NCBI GenBank assembly: GCA_965228735.1
Contig: OZ245838.1
Location: 2,752,001 to 2,816,000, forward strand
Origin: Planctomycetota bacterium
GTDB taxonomy: Bacteria; Planctomycetota; UBA1135; UBA2386
Reading direction: 5' to 3'
DNA length: 64,000 nt
Below are positions 37,702 to 47,157 of the stretch, piece after piece. How positions within the stretch are numbered: position 1 is the first letter of the stretch; the number at the start of each line of letters is the position of its first letter. Made by a program: the position numbers and the translations under genes. Under the pieces are notes generated by a model. That model was not told the DNA's origin, made no database searches, and was given only the letters and a program-made list of their open reading frames with translations.

Positions 37702-38933
37702 GAGCCCCCCGCCGTGGCCCCGCCGGCCCCACCACCGTCAGTGTAGCCAGCCCGGTCATGCCCGTTCACAGGCGCCAGGATCCGCGCGTAGTGCGTCGCG
37801 GTCACCCTGGCCGCGCGCAGCGGATCCATGACCGTCCGGGTCACGCGCAGCGCCGCGGCACCCATCGCGCGCCGCGTGTCCTCGTTCTGCAGCAGGCTCA
37901 GCAGCCCGTCCGCGAGGGCCGCGCCGTCCTCGCGCCGGACGAGCCCGGGCGGCTCCCCGGCCGTGCGCGTCGCGAGCAGCGAGGGCAGGATCCCGCGATC
38001 GGTCGCGACGACCGGCACCCCGAACGCCATCGCGTCCGTCACGGCGCGACACGTGCCATCGCTGCCCGGAACGAGGAACAAGAACGCATCGAGCGCGCGC
38101 AACGCCGCGTCGTAGTCGGGTCCGCGTTGGTAGCCCGGCAGCACGACGTGATCGCCGAGGCCCAGCCGCTGCACGGGTTGTTGCACGAGCCGCCGCGTGT
38201 CCTCGTCGTTGCCGCGCCCGAGCAGGACGAAGCGCACGTTCGGCTGCCGTGCGACGACGCGCCGGGCGATCTCCCACAGCAGATCGAACCGGCGATGCGG
38301 CTGGATGCGCGCCGTGATCCCGACGAGCAGATCCGCTGCCGAAACACCGAACCGTGAACGCGCGGACGGCCCCTCGACCGGCCGCGGCTCCGTCACCGGA
38401 TCGAGATACTCGACCGCGTCGGCCGGCAGCCCGAAGGCCTCGCGCACGCCATCGCGCGCCGCCGGCGTCGGGGCGAGCACCGCGGCCGTGCGGCGAAACG
38501 CGAAGCGCTCGCGCCAGCCGCGCGGCGGCGGCTCGGGGTCGTAGAGCGTGCGCACGATGCGCGGCGGCTGCCGCAGCCGCCGACACGCGAGCGCGGCGAG
38601 CAGGTGATCGCCCGGCAGGTGGCAGTGCAGGATCGCGAACCGCTCGCGGTGGATCATCGCCCGCAGCCGGCCGACGTCGTGCAGCAGCGCGCGCACGCGG
38701 AAGTGTTTGCGCAGCTGCAGTCCGGTGAGGACGGGCAGCTGCCAGCGAAACAGCTGATCGGCGACGTCGTGCCGCCCGCCCGCGTGCAGCCAGCCGGCCT
38801 GCGCGAACGCGACGTCGAGCCCGAGCCGCCGCAACCGCGCCGCGGACCGGATGGCGGGATCGGCCGGCCCCGTCCACTTGTAGTTCGCGAACAGGTGCAG
38901 CACGCGCGCATCGGCCAGCGCCGCGACCGTCAC
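37698..38933 (-). CDS. GT4-like glycosyltransferase
   Basis: NYKWTGPA, TARIQPHR, GSDGTCRAVTDAMAFGVPVV; GTGA overlaps at both ends. Confidence 0.82.
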   Translation of the reverse strand: MTVAALADARVLHLFANYKWTGPADPAIRSAARLRRLGLDVAFAQAGWLHAGGRHDVADQLFRWQLPVLTGLQLRKHFRVRALLHDVGRLRAMIHRERFAILHCHLPGDHLLAALACRRLRQPPRIVRTLYDPEPPPRGWRERFAFRRTAAVLAPTPAARDGVREAFGLPADAVEYLDPVTEPRPVEGPSARSRFGVSAADLLVGITARIQPHRRFDLLWEIARRVVARQPNVRFVLLGRGNDEDTRRLVQQPVQRLGLGDHVVLPGYQRGPDYDAALRALDAFLFLVPGSDGTCRAVTDAMAFGVPVVATDRGILPSLLATRTAGEPPGLVRREDGAALADGLLSLLQNEDTRRAMGAAALRVTRTVMDPLRAARVTATHYARILAPVNGHDRAGYTDGGGAGGATAGGS

Positions 38934-39763
38934 GAGCCTTCCCCCTCGCAGCGCGACCGCGCGGCCCGCGGCAGCCACATGAGCCGCCAATACTTCTTCC
39001 AGTCCGTGTAGGCCGCCATCGCCGCGACGACGAACCCGCGCCAACCGTCGAGGAAGCCGCGCTTGAGCAGCAGGCTCTTCACGAACACCGCAGGCGGTCG
39101 CACGAGCAGGTCCAACGGATTCGCCCGGCGCCCCTCCGCGGCGAGCGCCTGCGCCGCGATCCGCGAGAACGAGTCGATCGTGCGCCGGTGATCGCGAAAG
39201 CTGCGATAGCTCAGGTGTTCGATCCCGTCCGCGAGCCGCACCGCCGAAGCACCGCCGGGCAGCTGCACGCGATCGTGCGGGTTGCGCCCACCCCACTGCG
39301 CCTGCCGCCGGTCGAACAGCCGGATCTTGCGATCGGGCCAGAACAAACCGCGCCGCAACACCCGGCCGAGGTAGTGATTGAGCCGCGGCATCTCGTAGGC
39401 GACGCCCGACAAGCCGACAGCCGCGAGTTCGCGCACGCTTCGCTGCAGCGGCGGCGTCGCGCGTTCATCCGCATCCAGACAGAAGACCCAGTCGTGCGCG
39501 CACTGCTCGACGGCCCAGTGCTTCTGTTCGACGTAGCCCGGGAACGGCGCGTTCACGATCACCCGCGCGCCGTGCTCGGCGGCGAGCTCCTGCGTGCCGT
39601 CGTCGCTGCCGCTGTCAACGACGACGATCTCGTCGCAGAACGCCAGCGACTGCAGGCAGTCGACGATGCGATCCGCTTCTCGAAACGTGATGACGCAGCC
39701 GCTGATCGGCGTGCGCTCGGGCTCACGCGTTGGCGTCGCCATCGGCCGCGAGTCCGTCGCCAT
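38930..39763 (-). CDS. GT2 family glycosyltransferase (KdtX/WaaE-like)
   Basis: VVVDSGSDDGT, WVFCLDADE, WPDRKIRLF, GFLDGWRG. Start may be 39742. Confidence 0.88.
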   Translation of the reverse strand: MATDSRPMATPTREPERTPISGCVITFREADRIVDCLQSLAFCDEIVVVDSGSDDGTQELAAEHGARVIVNAPFPGYVEQKHWAVEQCAHDWVFCLDADERATPPLQRSVRELAAVGLSGVAYEMPRLNHYLGRVLRRGLFWPDRKIRLFDRRQAQWGGRNPHDRVQLPGGASAVRLADGIEHLSYRSFRDHRRTIDSFSRIAAQALAAEGRRANPLDLLVRPPAVFVKSLLLKRGFLDGWRGFVVAAMAAYTDWKKYWRLMWLPRAARSRCEGEGS

Positions 39764-40136
39764 CGACCGCGCTCGCATCGCCGCCGGCACCGGCCGACGC
39801 CTCGATGTCGCCGTCGTCGATGTCACCCGGCGGCGCGTCGGAGACCATGCGCGCGTGGATGCTTTGCAGGGCATCCTGGATCTCGATCAGACGCCGCCCC
39901 CAGTCCTGGAGGCGGCCATCCTGCTCGACCGCGTTGGCGGCCGCCTTCATCACCCGATGCCGCTCCTCGGCGGTGAGGCCGAGCTTCTCGTGCAGCAGGT
40001 ATTGGTTGCTGTAGCCGAGCACCTGGTTCCAGCGCAGCAATTCGAGCACCTGACCGAGCAGCTCGACGAGCTGCAGTTCGGCCTCGGTGAGGCCCATCTG
40101 CCGGGCCTTCTGCTTGCGCCTGCGATTGCTGACCAC
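39723..40136 (-). CDS. Hypothetical protein
   Basis: 137-aa ORF with coding-like bias filling the gap between sodB and the GT2 gene. Confidence 0.6.
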   Translation of the reverse strand: MVSNRRRKQKARQMGLTEAELQLVELLGQVLELLRWNQVLGYSNQYLLHEKLGLTAEERHRVMKAAANAVEQDGRLQDWGRRLIEIQDALQSIHARMVSDAPPGDIDDGDIEASAGAGGDASAVDGDGLAADGDANA

Positions 40137-40152
40137 GTGCTCGACCGATCGA

Positions 40153-40746
40153 TCAGCCGAGGTTCTGGTTCGCGAAGTCCCAGTTGATGAGGTGGTCGAG
40201 GAACGCCTTCATGTAGTCCGGCCGCCGGTTCTGGAAGTCCAGATAGTAGGCGTGCTCCCAGACGTCCATCGTGAGCAGCGGCGTCGCGCCACCGGTCATC
40301 GGGTTCTCCGCGTTCGGCGTCTTCTTGATCGCGAGCTTGCCGCCCTCGAGCACGAGCCAGGCCCAGCCGCTGCCGAACTGCGTCGCGCCCGCCTGGGCGA
40401 AGTCGGCCGCGAACTTGTCGTAGCCGCCGAGGTCCGCATCGATCTTCGCCGCGATCTTGCCGGTCGGCTTGCCGCCGCCACCGGGCTTCATCGAGTTCCA
40501 GTAGAACGTGTGGTTCCACACCTGCGCGGCGTTGTTGAACACGCCGGCCTTGTCGGCCTTGCCGGCCGTCGCCTTGATGATGTCCTCGATCGCCATGTCG
40601 GCGAACTCGGTGCCCTCGATCAGCTTGTTGCCGTTGGTCACGTAAGCCTGATGGTGCTTGCCGTGATGGACCGACAGGGTTTCGGCGTTGATGTGCGGGG
40701 ACAGCGCGTCGAGCGCGTAGGGCAGGGGGGGAAGTTCGAGTGCCAT
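40153..40746 (-). CDS. sodB: Superoxide dismutase, Fe-type signature
   Basis: LPPLPYA, HHGKHHQAY, NNAAQVWNHTFYW, QFGSGWAW, DVWEHAYY; AAQ and TQFGSG point to the Fe class. Confidence 0.95.
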   Translation of the reverse strand: MALELPPLPYALDALSPHINAETLSVHHGKHHQAYVTNGNKLIEGTEFADMAIEDIIKATAGKADKAGVFNNAAQVWNHTFYWNSMKPGGGGKPTGKIAAKIDADLGGYDKFAADFAQAGATQFGSGWAWLVLEGGKLAIKKTPNAENPMTGGATPLLTMDVWEHAYYLDFQNRRPDYMKAFLDHLINWDFANQNLG

Positions 40747-40867
40747 GGTTCTTACTGTGGTCGCGGCGCGGGCCGGTTCAACGATGGAACTCGCCAAGTT
40801 ACGGAACCAGCGGATCACCGCGAGCCGAATCCCCGCGATGCACCTCGCGCCACCGATCCGCGAGCGG

Positions 40868-40915
40868 CCCTGACCGCAGGGGCCCTGATCGCAGTGACCC
40901 TGACCGCGGGACCCT
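40868..40915. repeat. Three ~15-bp tandem units (CCCTGAYCGCRG...) in the divergent sodB/mazG spacer
   Basis: ccctgaccgcagggg / ccctgatcgcagtga / ccctgaccgcggga-ccct. Confidence 0.65.
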
Positions 40916-40951
40916 CGACGCCCGCGCCGGCGAACGGATAGCCTGCCGCGA

Positions 40952-41824
40952 ATGGCCGAGCCTCCGAAGCGGGACACGTCCTCCAACCTGCCGGGCATCA
41001 CCCGCCTGCTCCAGACCGTCGCCGCCCTGCGCGCCCCGGACGGCTGTCCGTGGGACCGCGAGCAAACGACCGACTCCATGGCGCAGCACCTCGTCGAGGA
41101 GGCCTTCGAAGCCGCCGATGCGCTGCGCCGGCTTGACGATCCGGCAGCCGGTGAGGAGCTCGGCGACGTCCTCGTGAACGTCGCGATGATCAGCCACATC
41201 GCGAGCGAGACCGGCCGCTTCGCCGTCGACGACGTCGCCGACCGCGCCGCCAGCAAGCTCGTGCACCGCCACCCCCACGTCTTCGGCGACGACAGAGGCC
41301 GCGTCGACGGCGCCGACGCGGCCTATCGCAACTGGGAACGGATGAAGCAGCGCGAACCGCGCCCCGGCCAGATCCACACTGGTCCCAGCAGCCAGGATGC
41401 CGCCGCCCGCCGCAGCGTGCTGGCCGGTGTGCCGGCAGCCCTGCCGAGCCTGCTGCGCGCTTTCCGAATCGGTGAGAAGGCGGCTCGCACCGGGTTCGAT
41501 TGGCCAGACCGGACCGGCCCGCGTGGCAAGCTCGACGAAGAACTCGGCGAGCTCGACGAAGCGGTCGCCGGCGGCGACCCGGCGCGTATCCGGGCCGAAC
41601 TCGGCGACGTCCTGTTCAGCGTCTGCAACCTTGCCCGCCACCTCGGCGTCCAGCCCGAAGTCGCCCTCGCCGACACCTGCGACGAGTTCCAGCGCCGCTT
41701 CATAGCGGTCGAGCGCAAGTTCGATCACGATCTGCGCGGCCGCCCGCTGGCCGAGCTCGAAGCCGCCTGGCAGCAGGCCAAGGCAGCCCCCGGGGACGGG
41801 ACCGACGGCGAGCCGACGGCCTGA
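40952..41824 (+). CDS. mazG: Nucleoside triphosphate pyrophosphohydrolase
   Basis: LRAPDGCPWDREQT, EEAFE, EELGDVL, RHPHVFG, GFDW, second ELGDVLF. Confidence 0.95.
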   Translation: MAEPPKRDTSSNLPGITRLLQTVAALRAPDGCPWDREQTTDSMAQHLVEEAFEAADALRRLDDPAAGEELGDVLVNVAMISHIASETGRFAVDDVADRAASKLVHRHPHVFGDDRGRVDGADAAYRNWERMKQREPRPGQIHTGPSSQDAAARRSVLAGVPAALPSLLRAFRIGEKAARTGFDWPDRTGPRGKLDEELGELDEAVAGGDPARIRAELGDVLFSVCNLARHLGVQPEVALADTCDEFQRRFIAVERKFDHDLRGRPLAELEAAWQQAKAAPGDGTDGEPTA

Positions 41825-41980
41825 CGGACGCCCGCCACGGGATGCCGGCGATCAGGCCCCAACCCGGCCTCCTCCGGCCTGATCACGGTTCGCCGAATCA
41901 CCTCAAATACCGATGGTATAGTGATTTAAGAACCGGCCCGAAAACCGGCGAACTTCCGCCAGCAGCGGCACGGGTACTGC

Positions 41981-42077
41981 ATTTCCCCCATCGGTGGAAA
42001 GAAACGCCTGGGCATGGGCCCAGTGGCAGGGATTGGCCCTGGTGCGGAGTGGTGCCGCACCAGGGCCGCTTTTTTTT
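41981..42077 (+). ncRNA. Candidate small RNA (unassigned)
   Basis: Consecutive hairpins tttcc..ggaaa and ctgggc-atgg-gcccag, then a terminator; no credible ORF; AT-richer region upstream. Confidence 0.35.
42035..42077 (+). terminator. Rho-independent terminator
   Basis: 13-bp perfect stem GGCCCTGGTGCGG/CCGCACCAGGGCC, 7-nt loop, then GC and T8. Confidence 0.88.
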
Positions 42078-42221
42078 GGCCCGGGGAACCCTGACGAGCG
42101 CACTCCGCGCCGCCGTGGGTGAATCCACACCCAAGCCATCAGCCCAAATTCCGGTTGAGCGATATCGAGTCGCGGGCCGGAGGTGCTGGGTTGGGTGTTG
42201 GTTTCGGCGCCGGCCGCGGCC

Positions 42222-43184
42222 CTACCAACCAGCGAGCTCGGCCTCGGCGGCGAGGACTCCGAAGGCCGCCCAGCCCGGCCGCGCCGCGAGTTCTTCGAGC
42301 CCGCGCTGCGCCGCCGCGCGATCGCCGGTCACGAGCGCGTGGTGCGCGAGTCCGAACGCGAGGGCGGCGCCGGAGCTGCCGTCGCCGGGGGCGAGCTCCG
42401 CACGCGTGAGGCGCCCGGCGTAGAGCAGGCAGAGGCGGTGGTAGCTCGTGTTCTCGACGACGTCCATTGCCGGGGTGATCGGCGCGACCACGGCGGCGGC
42501 GCCCGCGGTGTCGCCGAGTCGCATGCGCACGCTCCAGAGCCAGTGCGTCACCGCGACGCGCGACTCGTCGTCGTCGGTCACCGCGAGGCAGTCGAGCCAG
42601 GCAGCCTCGGCCGCGGCGAAGTCGCGGGCGACGAAGTGCGCGAGACCGAGGTGATAGTGCACGTTGAAGTGCAGCGAGCTGTGCGGGGGTCGTCCCGGCG
42701 TCGGCAGCCCGTCTGGCTCCGTCTGGTCGGGTTCGGTGCGGCACCCCACTGCGGCGCGGGTCAGATCAGTGATCGCGCGATCGATCGCGCGGACCGAGAG
42801 GTGCCGGTGGCCGCGGTGACGCAGCAGGAACGGATCGTCGGGGTGCCGCTCGAGGGCCTCGGTGTAGACGTCGATCGCGTCGTGGTAACGGCCGAGGTAG
42901 CCGAGCCGGCGGCCGACCCAGATCGCGGCCTCGCGGTCGTTCGGGCGCTCCGCGAGTTCGGCGCGCGCAGCAGCGAGCAGCTCGTTCTGCCGGGACTCGA
43001 ACGCATCGGCGAGCGGCGCCAGCGCGAGCGGTCGGCCGTCGAGCGACCGACAGACGGCCCCGGCGGGCAACGTCGGGTCGCGCAGCGCCGGCATGCCGCC
43101 GCAGCTCGCGAGACTCACCACGGCCACCGCCGAGAACGCCCGCGCCATCGCCCCCGCCGACACCCACACGTTTCGATCCTGCAT
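42222..43184 (-). CDS. TPR-repeat lipoprotein
   Basis: Lipobox LASC; TPR-like helices (GRYHDAIDVYTEALERHP, YHLGLAHF). Confidence 0.75.
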   Translation of the reverse strand: MQDRNVWVSAGAMARAFSAVAVVSLASCGGMPALRDPTLPAGAVCRSLDGRPLALAPLADAFESRQNELLAAARAELAERPNDREAAIWVGRRLGYLGRYHDAIDVYTEALERHPDDPFLLRHRGHRHLSVRAIDRAITDLTRAAVGCRTEPDQTEPDGLPTPGRPPHSSLHFNVHYHLGLAHFVARDFAAAEAAWLDCLAVTDDDESRVAVTHWLWSVRMRLGDTAGAAAVVAPITPAMDVVENTSYHRLCLLYAGRLTRAELAPGDGSSGAALAFGLAHHALVTGDRAAAQRGLEELAARPGWAAFGVLAAEAELAGW

Positions 43185-43234
43185 CGCTCTGCTCCTGTTT
43201 CCGTTCAGTTGGTTCCCGGTTCGTCGTTGGTTCT

Positions 43235-44242
43235 CTAGTCGGGCCAGTGACAGCGCACGACGCGCCCGGCGTCGTCGTCCGCGACGAACAGCAGCGCGCC
43301 GACCGCGAACCGTTCGCGCAACCGCTCGATCACCTGCACCCCACGTTCTTCGCCGAGCACGAGCAGCGCGGTGCCGAGCGCGTCTGCGACCGCCGCGTTC
43401 GGACCGATCACCGAACAACTGACGACGCGGGACGTCGCACTCCGGCCGGTACGGGGGTCGAAGACGTGGTGCGCGCGCTCACCGTCCGCGGTGAACGCGT
43501 TGCGGTAGTTGCCGCTCATGCACATCGACTGCTCGCGCAGCGGCAGCACGGCGAACGGCTCGCGACGACCGAGCGCAGCCGCGGTCGGGTCCTCGACGCC
43601 GATCTGCCATGGCGAACCGGGCGCCTTCTCCCCGCGACACCAGATCTCGCCGGTCACGTCGAGGTAGAAGCTCGACAGGCCGAACGCGACGAGGCGGCGA
43701 TCGAGTTCGTCGAGGCACGCACCCGCGACGATGCCGTCGAGGTCGAGCTGGGTGCCAGCCGGGGCGCGCACCGTCCCATCCTCGACGGTGACCCGCGCGT
43801 AGCCGACGCGCGCGCTCGCGGCGTCGAGCTTCGCGGGGTCGAGCGGACTGCCGTTCGCCTTGGCCTCGCGGTAGAGCGCGAGCAGCGGCCCGACCGTAGG
43901 ATCGAATGCGCCGTCCGTCGCGGCGGCGAGTTCGAGCGCGAGCTCGAGCACGGCGCAGAAGCGCGGTGTCCCGTCATGCGGCTCTCCCGCGCGCAACGCG
44001 GCGTTGCATCGTTCGAGCTCCGAGTCGTCGCGCCACTTGGAGAACGCCGCGTCGAAGTCCGCGAGCGTCGCTTCGACGACGCGCTGCAACGCCGCCTGGT
44101 CGACATCGGCCACGTACTTCACCGTGTACGACGACCCCATCGTCGGGCCCGAGAACGAGCGCACCTCGGGCACGCGCTCACAGCCGGCGAACGGGATCGC
44201 GAGCAGGGCAGCCAGCGCGGTAGCTCGGCGGAGGATCGACAT
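43235..44242 (-). CDS. apbE: FAD:protein FMN transferase (lipoprotein)
   Basis: FAGC lipobox; GPTMGS, DGAFDPTVGPL, SGNYRN, HVFDPRTG, ADALGTAL; near the nqr operon. Confidence 0.93.
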   Translation of the reverse strand: MSILRRATALAALLAIPFAGCERVPEVRSFSGPTMGSSYTVKYVADVDQAALQRVVEATLADFDAAFSKWRDDSELERCNAALRAGEPHDGTPRFCAVLELALELAAATDGAFDPTVGPLLALYREAKANGSPLDPAKLDAASARVGYARVTVEDGTVRAPAGTQLDLDGIVAGACLDELDRRLVAFGLSSFYLDVTGEIWCRGEKAPGSPWQIGVEDPTAAALGRREPFAVLPLREQSMCMSGNYRNAFTADGERAHHVFDPRTGRSATSRVVSCSVIGPNAAVADALGTALLVLGEERGVQVIERLRERFAVGALLFVADDDAGRVVRCHWPD

Positions 44243-44434
44243 CGGCAGCCCGCGATCCTACGCCCGATCCGCCGCCCGGCCACCTTCGGCGTCGCGCCGG
44301 GCCGAGCCGTCCTCTGGAGCCGATCCGATCGGCGCTCGAGGTCGCACCACGCGACAAAACCGCTACCCTCGAGCGCTCTTCGTCTCCGCCGGCCACCAGG
44401 CCGCCTCCCCTCAGGCCCCGTCCGAACCTCCGCC

Positions 44435-45736
44435 ATGGCCAAGACCACCCGCCGAACGTTTCTAGCTACCTCGTCCACCGCCATCGTCACTGCCGGAACG
44501 GCCAGTTCGATGGCGTTCACCCCGCACATCGCCGGCAAGGACGAGATCCGCGTCGCGCTGATCGGCTGCGGCGGTCGCGGCACCGGCGCCGTCGCGCAGA
44601 TCATGAACACCAAGGGGCGCACCAAGCTCGTGGCGGTCGCCGACGCGTTCCACGACAAAGCGGCCAGCACAGTCGAGAACCTCAAGGGCCACGACGAGTC
44701 CAAGGTCGACGTCCCGCGCGAGCGCATCTTCTCGGGACTCGACGCGTTCCAGAAGGCGATCGACAGCGACTGCGATCTCGTCGTGATCGCGACGCCGCCC
44801 GGCTTCAAGCCCGTGCACTTCGACGCCGCGGTCAAGGCCGGCAAGCACGTCTTCATGGAGAAGCCGGTCGCGACCGACGCGCCGGGCGTGCGCCGCGTGC
44901 TCGCCGCGGTCGCCGAGTCCAAGAAGAAGAACCTCGCGGTCGCGATCGGCCTGCAGCGGCGACACGAGCCGAAGTACATGGAGACGATCCAGCGCGTGCA
45001 CGACGGCGCGATCGGGGACCTGATCCTCGCGCGCGTCTACTGGAACGGCGGCGGCATCTGGTATCGCAACCGCAAGCCGGAGATGACCGAGATGGAGTTC
45101 CAGTGCAACAACTGGTACCACTTCAACTGGATCTGCGGCGACCAGATCGTCGAGCAACACATCCACAACCTCGACGTCGGCTGCTGGGCGAAGGGCAGTT
45201 ACCCGGTCAAGTGCAACGGCATGGGCGGGCGCGAGATGCGCATGGGCGGCGACCGGACCAAGTCGCAGATCTTCGATCACACGTTCTGTGAGTACACGTT
45301 CGCGGACGGCACGAAGATGTACAGCCAGGGGCGCCACCTGCGCGGCAGTTGGACGAACGTGAGCGAGTCGCTGCACGGCACGCTCGGCACGTGCAACCCG
45401 GCCGGTCGCATCGAGGGCCCCAACAAGTGGCGCTTCGAGGGCAAGAGCCCGGGCGGCCACCAGCAGGAGCAGCACGACCTCATCGAGGCGCTGAGCCGCG
45501 GTGAGATCTACAATGAGGGCGAGTACGGCGCGATGTCGACGTTCTGCGCGATCCTCGGCCGCGAGGCGTGCTACTCCGGCAAGGAGATCCAGTGGGACGA
45601 CCTGCTGAAGCGCGGGCGCGACCTGTGCCCCGGGATCGACGGCTACCGGATGGATTCGGAGCCGCCGACCAAGCCGGACGAGAACGGCGAGTACCCGGTG
45701 CCGATCCCCGGCAAGTACAGCCCGTTCGCGAGCTGA
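44435..45736 (+). CDS. Gfo/Idh/MocA family oxidoreductase, Tat signal
   Basis: TRRTFL, LIGCGGRG, ATPP, GKHVFMEKP, GLQRR, EQHIHNLD. Confidence 0.9.
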   Translation: MAKTTRRTFLATSSTAIVTAGTASSMAFTPHIAGKDEIRVALIGCGGRGTGAVAQIMNTKGRTKLVAVADAFHDKAASTVENLKGHDESKVDVPRERIFSGLDAFQKAIDSDCDLVVIATPPGFKPVHFDAAVKAGKHVFMEKPVATDAPGVRRVLAAVAESKKKNLAVAIGLQRRHEPKYMETIQRVHDGAIGDLILARVYWNGGGIWYRNRKPEMTEMEFQCNNWYHFNWICGDQIVEQHIHNLDVGCWAKGSYPVKCNGMGGREMRMGGDRTKSQIFDHTFCEYTFADGTKMYSQGRHLRGSWTNVSESLHGTLGTCNPAGRIEGPNKWRFEGKSPGGHQQEQHDLIEALSRGEIYNEGEYGAMSTFCAILGREACYSGKEIQWDDLLKRGRDLCPGIDGYRMDSEPPTKPDENGEYPVPIPGKYSPFAS

Positions 45737-45964
45737 TCGCCGGCCCGGGCCCGATGACGGCTCGACGTTGCAGCGGCCACGGGCCTGAACGATCGTTCCG
45801 GCGCGCACCTCGATCGTGAGCACCGGGCGAACGTCGTTGCCGTGCGGACTCGAGCCGCCCATCGGTCCGCGCAACGCGCAACCCCCTCGCGTGAGCTTCG
45901 GCGACGAACGCTGGCCCGGTATCATCCGGGCCGACGTCCGTGACGCCGTCATAGCGAGCAGCGA

Positions 45965-46942
45965 ATGCGATCGATCCACCCCGCCTCGCTCGCGCTGCTC
46001 TTCGGAGCTTGCGCGAGCGCCCCGCTCGAACTGCGCGCACCGAATCCCGAGCTCGCAGTCACGGTCGCCCCCGGCGAGTTCCCGGGTGCCGGCAGGCTGG
46101 CAACCGGCTTCGACGCACGCACCACGGATCGCGCCTGGCGCGAGGGCGACACCGTGGTGTTCGGGCTGCGGCTGCAGCAGGGCGAGTCCGCGCAGCGCTG
46201 GCTGCTGCGACTGCGCGTGCTGCCGAGCCCGCGCTTCACCGTCGAGACGAAGAACGGCACGACGACGGACGGCGTGAAGTTCCTCGGCCTGCACCGCAGC
46301 TGGAACTACACGGCGAAGGTCGACGGCGAACTGCGCGAGGTCGAGGTCGAGTCCGGCATCGTTCGGGTCGCCGTGAGCGTGCACGACCCGGACGGCTCAC
46401 TGCTCGGCGATTCGATCGTGAGCCTGCCGGCAGACCTGATGACGAACGGCCTGCTGCCCGGAATCGAAACCGCGATGCGCCTCGAGGCGAGCACCACCGG
46501 CAACGATCCGCTGCCACCGAGGACCAGCCTCGAGGACCTGCGGCCGATGGCGGAAGGCCTGATCGCGCTGCTCGCCCTCCTCGACGTCGTGCAGAACGAC
46601 AGCGTCCTGCAGGGGTATTTCTGGCAGGTCGTCCAGAAACCGAGCCTCTGGTCCGTCATCCGCACGATGGGCGTGAGCGCCTCCCTCACCGCGTCCCCCG
46701 AACGCAGCGTCCGCCTCGAACAGCTCCCCGAAGCGATCCTCCCGACGGACCGAGCGTTCGCCATGCCCCTCCGGGTCGACGTCAACGACACCCCAGCCCT
46801 GCTGGCCGACGTCATCGCCATCGATTCGGCTCGCCCCTACGCCCTCTGCAGCGGCATCATCGCCGCCTCCGCCCGCCACCCGACCGAAAAGGACCTCACC
46901 TTCGAAGTCCGCCTACTAGCCGCTCGCCTGGGCAAGGAGTGA
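45965..46942 (+). CDS. Hypothetical lipoprotein
   Basis: Leader ending LLFGAC; 325-aa ORF with coding bias. Confidence 0.65.
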   Translation: MRSIHPASLALLFGACASAPLELRAPNPELAVTVAPGEFPGAGRLATGFDARTTDRAWREGDTVVFGLRLQQGESAQRWLLRLRVLPSPRFTVETKNGTTTDGVKFLGLHRSWNYTAKVDGELREVEVESGIVRVAVSVHDPDGSLLGDSIVSLPADLMTNGLLPGIETAMRLEASTTGNDPLPPRTSLEDLRPMAEGLIALLALLDVVQNDSVLQGYFWQVVQKPSLWSVIRTMGVSASLTASPERSVRLEQLPEAILPTDRAFAMPLRVDVNDTPALLADVIAIDSARPYALCSGIIAASARHPTEKDLTFEVRLLAARLGKE

Positions 46943-46952
46943 AGGCCACCAC

Positions 46953-47003
46953 GCACCCGTACCGTATGGGTGCCTTTGCAGCGCGAACCAGGTTCCGTAC
47001 GGG
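46953..47003. repeat. Degenerate copy of the CCGTACGGTACCTGGTTC repeat family
   Basis: gaaccaggttccgtacggg (46985-47003; 1 mismatch to the arm) and the short hairpin gcacccgtaccgtatgggtgc (46953-46973). Confidence 0.65.
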
Positions 47004-47157
47004 CCACCCCCGCATCCCCGCCCCGCGAGCCGCAGGCGAGCCCCCCTCCTGGGCGTATGGCCCCCGCCGGCCAACTCGCCGGTACCGTTGTTGGCCGAGC
47101 CCAGGAGGACAAAGACGTTCGGCGACTTCGGTGGCTGTCGCCGAGCGCAGCTCGGCG

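Noticed and set aside
40952..41824. mazG as part of an anti-phage or toxin-antitoxin system
   Set aside because: It is the two-domain housekeeping type, with no mazEF or defence genes adjacent.
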